Source: an uncultured Actinomycetota bacterium
Lineage (GTDB): Bacteria > Actinomycetota > UBA4738 > HRBIN12
Direction: 5' to 3'
DNA length: 64,000 nucleotides
Assembly (NCBI GenBank): GCA_963788925.1
Contig: CAWBIH010000002.1
Span: forward strand, 218,568-282,567
Part shown: positions 57,437 through 64,000 of the stretch, piece after piece
How the letters are laid out: every line of letters begins with the position of its first letter
Numbering within the stretch: the stretch's first letter is position 1
Notes under the pieces: generated by a model
Seen by the model: the letters and a program-made list of their open reading frames with translations, nothing else
The model's database searches: none
What the model was told of the DNA's origin: nothing
Translations under genes and position numbers: made by a program

Positions 57437-58623
57437 CGAGCGAGACGGTGCGGCCCGTCCTCGCCGCGGAGCTCGAGGAGATCCGTACCGCGGGGCTCGA
57501 GAAGCCCGAGCGGGTGCTCACGTCGCCCCAAGGTTCTCGGGTGCGCGTGCGCGGCGGCGACGGCGAGGTCCTCAACATGTGCGCCAACAACTACCTCGGA
57601 CTCGCCGATCACCCAGAGGTGATCGCGGCCGCGCACGCCGCGATGGACGAGTGGGGCTTCGGGCTCGCGTCGGTCCGGTTCATCTGCGGGACGCAGCAGA
57701 TCCACAAGGACCTGGAGGACGCGCTGAGCGAGTTCCTCGGGACCGAGGACACGATCCTGTACTCCTCGTGCTTCGACGCGAACGGCGGCCTGTTCGAGGT
57801 GTTGCTCGGCGAAGGGGACGCCGTGATCTCCGACGAGCTGAACCACGCCAGCATCATCGACGGGGTTCGCCTCTCGAAGGCGCAGCGGTTCCGCTATCGG
57901 AACAACGACATGGACGACCTCGAGGCCCAACTGAAAGAGGCGGCGGGTGCCCGCCGGCGGCTGATCGCGACCGACGGCGTCTTCTCGATGGACGGCTACC
58001 TCGCCGACCTCCCGGCGATCTGCGACCTGGCCGAGCGACACGACGCGATGGTGATGGTCGACGACTCCCACGCCGTCGGGTTCATGGGTCCGGGCGGGCG
58101 GGGGACGCACGAGCATCACGACGTGATGGGGCGCGTCGACATCCTCACCGGGACGATGGGCAAGGCGCTGGGCGGCGCCAGCGGCGGCTACGTGGCGGGA
58201 CCCAAGGAGGTCGTGGAGCTGCTCCGTCAACGGTCGCGCCCGTACCTGTTCTCCAACACGATCGCGCCCGCGGTGGCCGGCGGGTCGCTGAAGGCGATCG
58301 AGCTGCTGACGGCGTCGACGGAGCTCCGCGATCGATTGGCGGACAACACGGCGTTCTTCCGGAGCGAGATGGAGACGGCCGGGCTGGACGTGCTCCCCGG
58401 TGAGCATCCGATCGTGCCGGTGATGCTGGGTGACGCGGCGCTCGCGGGGCGGATGGCCGAGACGATGCTCGCGAAGGGCGTCTACGTGATCGGGTTCTCC
58501 TACCCGGTGGTGCCGAAGGGCAAGGCGCGGATCCGCGCGCAGGTCTCGGCGGCGCACACGCGGGAGGACCTAGCGTTCGCGGTACGGGCGTTCGCAGAGT
58601 CGAAGTCCGAGCTCGGCGGCTAG
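57433..58623 (+). CDS. kbl: glycine C-acetyltransferase (2-amino-3-ketobutyrate CoA ligase)
   Basis: GTG start overlaps the tdh stop (GTGA). PLP-dependent alpha-oxoamine synthase motifs present ([23 protein letters not shown] with the PLP-binding Lys). Confidence 0.85.
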   Translation: MTSETVRPVLAAELEEIRTAGLEKPERVLTSPQGSRVRVRGGDGEVLNMCANNYLGLADHPEVIAAAHAAMDEWGFGLASVRFICGTQQIHKDLEDALSEFLGTEDTILYSSCFDANGGLFEVLLGEGDAVISDELNHASIIDGVRLSKAQRFRYRNNDMDDLEAQLKEAAGARRRLIATDGVFSMDGYLADLPAICDLAERHDAMVMVDDSHAVGFMGPGGRGTHEHHDVMGRVDILTGTMGKALGGASGGYVAGPKEVVELLRQRSRPYLFSNTIAPAVAGGSLKAIELLTASTELRDRLADNTAFFRSEMETAGLDVLPGEHPIVPVMLGDAALAGRMAETMLAKGVYVIGFSYPVVPKGKARIRAQVSAAHTREDLAFAVRAFAESKSELGG

Positions 58624-58781
58624 GCCCGACACGCCGACGCGACGCATATCGGGGATGAGATGGAGCGTGGCGTCGGGGATGGCTGACCTCAGCGCGATAC
58701 CGACGGTGGTATGGGCCCTGCCTCCGCGAGGTACGGAGCCCCCGCCGATCTGATCTCCGGTATGGGACCGCGGTCGCGCGC

Positions 58782-59204
58782 CTATGGCACGCCGGGACGC
58801 TGCGGCGCGTCGGTGATCGGCTCCGGGCTGTGGAACACGGCCTCGACGTTGTTCCCGTGGAGATCGTTCACGAACGCACCGTAGTAGCGAGGGGAGTACT
58901 GGATCCAGACGCCGGGCTCGCCGCGGGCGCTCGCGCCCGCGGCGAGCGCGGCCTCGAAGAACGCGTCGACCGCTTCGCGGTCGGCCGCGTCGAACGCGAC
59001 GTGCGCGGCGGTCGTCACCGGAGACCCTTCGCAGATCGAGAAGTCGTCCAGATCCTCTCGGCCGTACGAGATGCAATTCGGCTCCTCGTACAACTCCTCC
59101 ATCCCGAGCGGCGCGAGCGCCGCCGTGTACAGGCGCCTGCTCGCCGGAAAGTCCTCCACGACGAACAGGACGTGGTCGACGATGATCAACCGCTCGGTCA
59201 TCAC
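58782..59204 (-). CDS. VOC-family (glyoxalase/bleomycin-resistance/dioxygenase) protein
   Basis: 140 aa with a beta-alpha-beta(3) module and an HV..V.D signature. Confidence 0.6.
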   Translation of the reverse strand: MMTERLIIVDHVLFVVEDFPASRRLYTAALAPLGMEELYEEPNCISYGREDLDDFSICEGSPVTTAAHVAFDAADREAVDAFFEAALAAGASARGEPGVWIQYSPRYYGAFVNDLHGNNVEAVFHSPEPITDAPQRPGVP

Positions 59205-59252
59205 CCCTCCTCGGATTGGCTGCCTCGGCCCCGATGCGGGAGGATGCTACTC

Positions 59253-59771
59253 ATGACGCACTCGGTCGGTGACCTGGCGGAGGTGCTCGACAACCTCGGG
59301 GTGTTCTCGATGCACCCGGAGGAGGTCCTCGCGCTCTGCCCGTCCGGGTTCCGCCGGGTCCCGATCACGCAGGGCGACGAGTTCTACCTCTCGCTCCAGG
59401 GGTTCACCGCGAACCAGCCTGCTTACGCCCACACCCATCCCGATTCCGAGGAGTGGGTCGTGGTCCTCGAGGGCGCCGGGAAGGCCCTCCTGGCGGACAA
59501 CCCCGTCCCCCTCGACGGCAGCCTCGTGATCGGCCGAGCGACCGCGCACCCCCACGGATTCCTCAGCGGTGACGGCCCGATGACCCTCCTCTCGATCCAG
59601 CTCCCCCGGCCGTCGGAGCCCGCGACGACCTGGGACCAGCCGGGCGAGACGACCGACCCGATCGATTGCGCCTCCGGAGGCACGTGCCGGCGTTGCTATC
59701 GCTGCGGCGGCCACAGCCTGAACTTCAGGGCCCGGGGCTTCGTCTGCGAGAACTGCACGCTCGAGTTCTGA
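59253..59771 (+). CDS. cupin-domain protein with C-terminal CxxC-x17-CxxC zinc ribbon
   Basis: ATG at 59253 preceded by GGGAGGA. Cupin His motif (AHTHPDSEEWVVVLEG). C-terminus is CRRCYRCGG...CENC. Confidence 0.6.
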   Translation: MTHSVGDLAEVLDNLGVFSMHPEEVLALCPSGFRRVPITQGDEFYLSLQGFTANQPAYAHTHPDSEEWVVVLEGAGKALLADNPVPLDGSLVIGRATAHPHGFLSGDGPMTLLSIQLPRPSEPATTWDQPGETTDPIDCASGGTCRRCYRCGGHSLNFRARGFVCENCTLEF

Positions 59772-59772
59772 G

Positions 59773-60309
59773 CTACGACGGAGTTGACCCCGAGCGCTCC
59801 TCCGCCAGCCGCGCGAGGTTCTCCAGCTGCTTCCTATCCGCGCGGTTCACGTAGACGGTGAACAGGGACCGGATCACCGGCTGCAGCCAGTAGGGCACGT
59901 AGTTCACTCGCTCGATCGTCTCGGTGTAGGTGATCCTCGAGCCGCCGCCCTCGGGAGCGACCTCGTAGCGGTGGATGAAGTGCGCGTCCCACGGCTTCCC
60001 CCGCTTCCGGTCGAGGTGGGCGTCGGTCTCGATCACGAACGAGGAGGGGCTCGTCGCCACCGTGACCTCGGAGCGATCATGGAACGTGCCGTTGTCCGCC
60101 GCGCCGGAGGAGGTGAAGGCGGTGCCGACGGCCGCGGGACCGTCGGGCGCCTCGATCGACAGGAGCTTGAACGTCTGGCTGCTCGCGCGCTCGCCCGACC
60201 AGTCGAGGTGGTTCCGAAGATCCGCGATCGTTTCGAACACGACCAGCGGCGGCGCCGTCGACGTCACCGATGTCCGGGTCCGGTAGCCGAGCGGTCGATC
60301 CGCGGCCAT
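59773..60309 (-). CDS. SRPBCC (START/polyketide-cyclase-like) family protein
   Basis: Start at the internal ATG at 60309. The family call is tentative. Confidence 0.5.
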   Translation of the reverse strand: MAADRPLGYRTRTSVTSTAPPLVVFETIADLRNHLDWSGERASSQTFKLLSIEAPDGPAAVGTAFTSSGAADNGTFHDRSEVTVATSPSSFVIETDAHLDRKRGKPWDAHFIHRYEVAPEGGGSRITYTETIERVNYVPYWLQPVIRSLFTVYVNRADRKQLENLARLAEERSGSTPS

Positions 60310-60316
60310 CGAACGC

Positions 60317-60971
60317 CTACGAGGTAGAACCGCCTCGAGGGAGACGGACGTGGTCTTCCTCGGACTCCTTCCAGACCTCCTCGACGTTCTCGACGTTGAA
60401 GCCGTACTCGAACACGAGCGTGCCACCGTACGCGGCGCCGAACGTGACGAGGGCGGCCGCGAGGAGCGAGAGGATCAGCCAGAGAGCCGAGCGTCCCTGC
60501 CCGTGCCCTCAGGAAGTCTGAGGGACGGAGGAGAAAGTCGATGGCGTCAGATCGCGGTAACGGCGAGCATCACCGTCGCGTGCCAGTTGATGGTCCGCCA
60601 CACCTGCGTGTGCTTGGCCTTGCCGATCGGTCCGCTCTTGCGGTCGCGCGGGATGCCCTTCCACCAGTCCATGAATCCGGTGAGTGCGGCGCGCAGGCCA
60701 CGATGAAGCCCGCCGACCATCACGAACGTCGCGGCAACGAAGAAGTCCCTCGCCCTTCCGCCGGCGCTGATCCCGACGGCGCCGGATCCTTCAGATCGCC
60801 GTAGCCCTGCGAGAAGTACGAGATCAGGTCGAATACTGCGGCGAGCGTGTAGCAGACGATCGGGAAGTCCGTGAGCGGCGGGTGGAACGGCTTCCCCGTG
60901 AAGCCTCTCAGTCCCTGGAAACGGCGGCCCTTCAGGGACAACGTCGGACGGATCGAATAGATCCTCGGCAT
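60317..60971 (-). CDS. DUF2231-like small integral membrane protein, with two compensating 1-nt frame breaks near 60770 and 60545
   Basis: N-terminus (MPRIYSIRP...CYTLAAVFDLISYF) and C-terminus (LWLILSLLAAALVTFGAAYGGTLVFEYGF) are in one frame. About 75 central codons are in another frame. Confidence 0.45.
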
Positions 60972-61036
60972 GGCTCCCTCCTCGCTCGGGTCGACCTCGA
61001 AGGGGCGGGGGACCCCTCGGCGACTAGCATCATGGC

Positions 61037-61720
61037 ATGCGCGTCGGGGTGCTCGGGACGGGGATCGTGGGACGGACCATCGCGGGCAAGCTGGGGGAGC
61101 TCGGCCATGACGTCGCGATCGGGACCAGGGACCCGGCGGCGCTCGCGGGGCGCACCGAGCCGGACTACATGGGGAATCCCCCCTTCTCCGTCTGGCAGGC
61201 CGATCATCCGAACATCGGGGTGGCGACCTTCGAGGAGGTCGCCGCTCGTTCCGAGCTCCTCGTGAACGCCACCAACGGTGCCGGCTCCCTCGAGGCGCTG
61301 CGGGCCGCGGGCGAGCACAACCTCGACGGCAAGGTCCTGATCGATATCTCGAACCCTCTCGACTTCTCCCACGGGATGCCGCCGTCGCTGTTCGTGTCGA
61401 ACACCGACTCGCTCGCCGAACAGATCCAGCGAGCCTTCCCGGGTGCCAGGGTCGTCAAGGCCCTCAACACCGTGACGGCGGCGGTGATGGTGGACCCGGC
61501 CCGTATCGGTGGTGGGGAGCACACGATGTTCCTGAGTGGCGACGACGCCGACGCGAAAGCCGAGGTCACGACCCTCCTGCAGGACGGCTTCGGTTGGAAG
61601 CACGTGATGGACCTCGGAGGCATCCAGTCGGCTCGCGGGATGGAGATGGCGCTCCCCCTGTGGCTCGCCATCGTCACGACGTCCAACGACCCGATGTTCA
61701 ACTTCTCGATCGTCCGCTGA
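61037..61720 (+). CDS. NADP-dependent F420 reductase-like oxidoreductase (Fno/NpdG-like)
   Basis: N-terminal Rossmann fold (MRVGVLGTGIVGRTIAGKLGELGHDVAIGTRD). Size and profile fit the F420:NADP oxidoreductase family. Confidence 0.6.
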   Translation: MRVGVLGTGIVGRTIAGKLGELGHDVAIGTRDPAALAGRTEPDYMGNPPFSVWQADHPNIGVATFEEVAARSELLVNATNGAGSLEALRAAGEHNLDGKVLIDISNPLDFSHGMPPSLFVSNTDSLAEQIQRAFPGARVVKALNTVTAAVMVDPARIGGGEHTMFLSGDDADAKAEVTTLLQDGFGWKHVMDLGGIQSARGMEMALPLWLAIVTTSNDPMFNFSIVR

Positions 61721-61771
61721 CGGCGGCGGCCGGAAGGTTTGCCGGGTCGCCTCGGCGGACATCATGCCCAC

Positions 61772-62734
61772 ATGGTGCAGATCGGCTACACCCTTTCGAG
61801 CGAGGAGCACCCGCCCGGCGACCTCCTTCTCTACGGACGGATCGCCGAGGAGACGGGCTTCGACTTCCTGACGATCTCCGACCATTTCCACCCGTGGATC
61901 TCGCGCCAGGGGCAGAGCCCGCTCGTGTGGAGCGTGCTCGGGGGCCTGTCCGTGAAGACGGAGCGCGTGCCGATCATGACGGCCGTGACCTGCCCGACGA
62001 TCCGGATCCATCCGGCGATCGTCGCGCAGGCCGCGGCCACCACCGCGGCCCTCCTCCCCGACCGCTTCATCCTCGGCCTGGGGAGCGGCGAGAACCTGAA
62101 CGAGCACATCGTCGGGATGGGATGGCCGCATCCGGAGGAGCGGCTGGACATGCTCGAGGAGGCGATCGAACTGATCCGGCGGCTCTGGACGGGCGAGCTC
62201 GTCACCGAGTGGACCGACCACTTCACCGTCGACCGTGCCCGCCTCTACACGCTCCCGGAGACCTCGCCCCCGATCGCGGTCGCCGCGTCGACCACGGCGG
62301 CGGCGAAGCTCGCCGGACGGAGCGGCGACGCGTTGATCTCGACGGCACCCAAGGCAGAGCTCGTGGATGCGTTCCGCGAAGCCGGGGGCGACGGCCAGCC
62401 CGTCTACGGCCAGGTCACCCTCTGCTACGGCCCGGAGGAGCAGAAGGCGAAGGACGAGGCGCTCGAGTGGTGGCCCAACACCAGCGTCCCCGGCGAGCTC
62501 GGGGTCGAGCTGGCCGAGCCGCAGCACTTCGAAGAGGTGGCACAGCTGATCACCGCCGAAGCGGTCGCGGAGAAGGTGGTCTGCGGGCCCGGGGCGGACC
62601 CGATCCTCGAGCAGATCGGGACGTTCGTGGACGCGGGCTTCGACCACGTCTTCCTGCACCAGGTCGGTCCGCGGCAGGAGGAGTTCCTGGAGTTCGCGAA
62701 GGACTCGCTGCTTCCGGCGATCGATCGTCGCTGA
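61772..62734 (+). CDS. fgd: F420-dependent glucose-6-phosphate dehydrogenase-like LLM-class oxidoreductase
   Basis: Start at MVQIGYTLS. Strong similarity to Fgd motifs (TISDHFHPW, PAIVAQAAAT, LGLGSGENLNE, LLPAI). Confidence 0.75.
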   Translation: MVQIGYTLSSEEHPPGDLLLYGRIAEETGFDFLTISDHFHPWISRQGQSPLVWSVLGGLSVKTERVPIMTAVTCPTIRIHPAIVAQAAATTAALLPDRFILGLGSGENLNEHIVGMGWPHPEERLDMLEEAIELIRRLWTGELVTEWTDHFTVDRARLYTLPETSPPIAVAASTTAAAKLAGRSGDALISTAPKAELVDAFREAGGDGQPVYGQVTLCYGPEEQKAKDEALEWWPNTSVPGELGVELAEPQHFEEVAQLITAEAVAEKVVCGPGADPILEQIGTFVDAGFDHVFLHQVGPRQEEFLEFAKDSLLPAIDRR

Positions 62735-62786
62735 CCTTGCCACCGCGTTTGCCGGGGACGGTCCCGGCCGCTACCGTCGCGCCGAG

Positions 62787-63302
62787 ATGGACACGTACAT
62801 GGTGGTGCTGCGGATCGTGCACATCCTGGCCGGCGTCTTCTGGGTCGGGGCCGCGTTGACCGTGATCCTGTTCATCCAACCGACGGCGAGTGAGGTCGGG
62901 CCGGCGGCCGGACCGTTCATGTCTCACCTGGCCGGTAACAAGCGCCTCGTCGACTTCGTGCTGGGCGCGGCGGGCCTCACCATCCTCGCGGGGCTCCTGA
63001 TGTATTGGCGGGTCTCGGGTGGCCTGGATCCCGACTGGATCGGATCGACGTACGGCCTCACCATCACCGTGGGTGCGCTGTGCGGGATCGCTGCGGTGGC
63101 GATCGCCGGCTCGGTGGTCCGACCGGGGATCATGGCGACGCTCGCGATCGGGCGTGAGGTCGCCGCAAGCGGCGGTCCTCCCACGCCGGAACAGGCGGCA
63201 CGGCTCCAGGCGATCCAGCACCGCTCGCACGTCGCCGGCAGGGTGATCGTCCCGCTGTTGATCGTGGCCGTCGCCGCGATGGCTGCAGCGCGTTACCTGT
63301 AA
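62787..63302 (+). CDS. 4-TM membrane protein of unknown function
   Basis: 171 aa, hydrophobic, no recognisable catalytic motif. Confidence 0.45.
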   Translation: MDTYMVVLRIVHILAGVFWVGAALTVILFIQPTASEVGPAAGPFMSHLAGNKRLVDFVLGAAGLTILAGLLMYWRVSGGLDPDWIGSTYGLTITVGALCGIAAVAIAGSVVRPGIMATLAIGREVAASGGPPTPEQAARLQAIQHRSHVAGRVIVPLLIVAVAAMAAARYL

Positions 63303-63485
63303 ACACCATCCTCACAAGTCACTACCTATCGACACCCACCCCCGCAACGCACCCCGGCTCCGGGGGACGCCCATCGGCCCCGAGAGTCGCGTGTCTTCCC
63401 CCGCTGCGTGGGCGGGTCCTCGTGTAGAGGATGTTCAGCGCCGGCGAAGCCGCCCTGACGGAGGGTGGACGCTCGAAGGAGCTGA

Positions 63486-64000
63486 TGGTGGCAACCACAA
63501 CCCAACCCCTCACGGGGCACACGTGGAAGGTCTTCCTCGGGATCGGGGCTGTCTCGACCCTGACCTATTTCCTCATCGGTGAGCCGAAGATCCAGATGCT
63601 CCTCTACCAAGCAACGGGCATCGTCTCCGTCGGCGCCATGCTCGTCGGCATCGGTCGCAACCGTCCGGTCTCGACGCGCTCGTGGATCCTCCTCGCGCTC
63701 GGCATCTCGATGTGGGTGATCGGCGACGGCATCTGGAACAGCTACGAGCTCGTCTTCCATCGGGTCGCCCCGTGGCCCTCGACCGCCGACTCCATCTATC
63801 TCGTCGGCCCGGTGCTGATGGCCCTCGGCCTCACCGGCATGCTCCGGCGGCGAGGCAGCCCCCGGGACATCGAAGGGGTCCTCGATGCGCTGATCATCGC
63901 GGCCGGTGCCGGCGCCCTCTCATGGGCATTCCTCATGGCGCCCTACGCCGCGGATACGTCGCTGAACGGCTTCTCGGAAGTGGTAGCGGTCGCGTACCCG
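63486..64000 (+). CDS. polytopic membrane protein, N-terminal part; the gene runs off the window end
   Basis: In-frame ATG at 63486 (MVATTTQPLTGHTWKVFLGIGAV...) and open to position 64000 with repeated TM segments. Absent from the ORF track, presumably because no stop lies in the window. Confidence 0.5.

Noticed and set aside
62735-62786. GCCGGGGACGGTCCCGGC hairpin after the Fgd-like gene as a terminator
   Set aside because: A stem of 6-7 bp without a T-rich tail. It is plausible but unsupported, and the next gene starts 20 nt later.
1-64000. CRISPR arrays, IS elements, prophage genes, rRNA
   Set aside because: I found no regularly spaced short repeats, transposase/integrase/recombinase-like ORFs, phage structural genes or rRNA-like segments by inspection.

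Overview
This is a 64-kb chromosomal window from a high-GC (~70%) genome with Actinomycetota-type gene order (folP-folE-ftsH-hpt-tilS on one side; topA-tmk-holB; trkA pair). Coding is dense on both strands, and there is one tRNA-Thr(CGU). I found no integrase, transposase, CRISPR array, rRNA or obvious prophage. About 60 genes fall into these groups: (i) a housekeeping block at 1-7.4 kb (folate synthesis, FtsH, HGPRT, TilS, Zn-protease); (ii) a signalling/redox/stress block at 8.3-24.3 kb; (iii) a replication/topology block (holB, a membrane-fused thymidylate kinase, and topA with four zinc ribbons and a Lys/Ala-rich tail); (iv) an ion-homeostasis block (KdpDE-like two-component pair, a disrupted Rv2690c-like permease, two tandem TrkA genes, H+/Na+-pyrophosphatase, NhaA); (v) two tandem modules of a membrane-anchored protein plus an LCP protein; a CaCA antiporter; an MrfA-like DUF1998 helicase with a TIGR00725/LOG-like neighbour; a MarR-controlled DrrAB-like ABC exporter; tdh-kbl; and F420-linked redox enzymes (Fgd-like plus Fno-like). 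The signalling block at 8.3-24.3 kb holds five USP domains and three paralogous multi-TM HisKA_3 sensor kinases. Its strongest candidate for an undescribed system is a tightly coupled seven-gene operon: REC-HTH-adenylate cyclase, sensor kinase, two membrane proteins, membrane cupredoxin, tandem-USP-Rieske-ferredoxin-reductase fusion, and stand-alone cNMP-binding protein. Many genes, including the normally essential ftsH and tilS, carry single-base frame breaks at G/C homopolymers. These are most simply indel errors in the assembly, so frames should be verified before any biological claim. Most very long ORFs in the six-frame track on the strand opposite real genes are high-GC artefacts.
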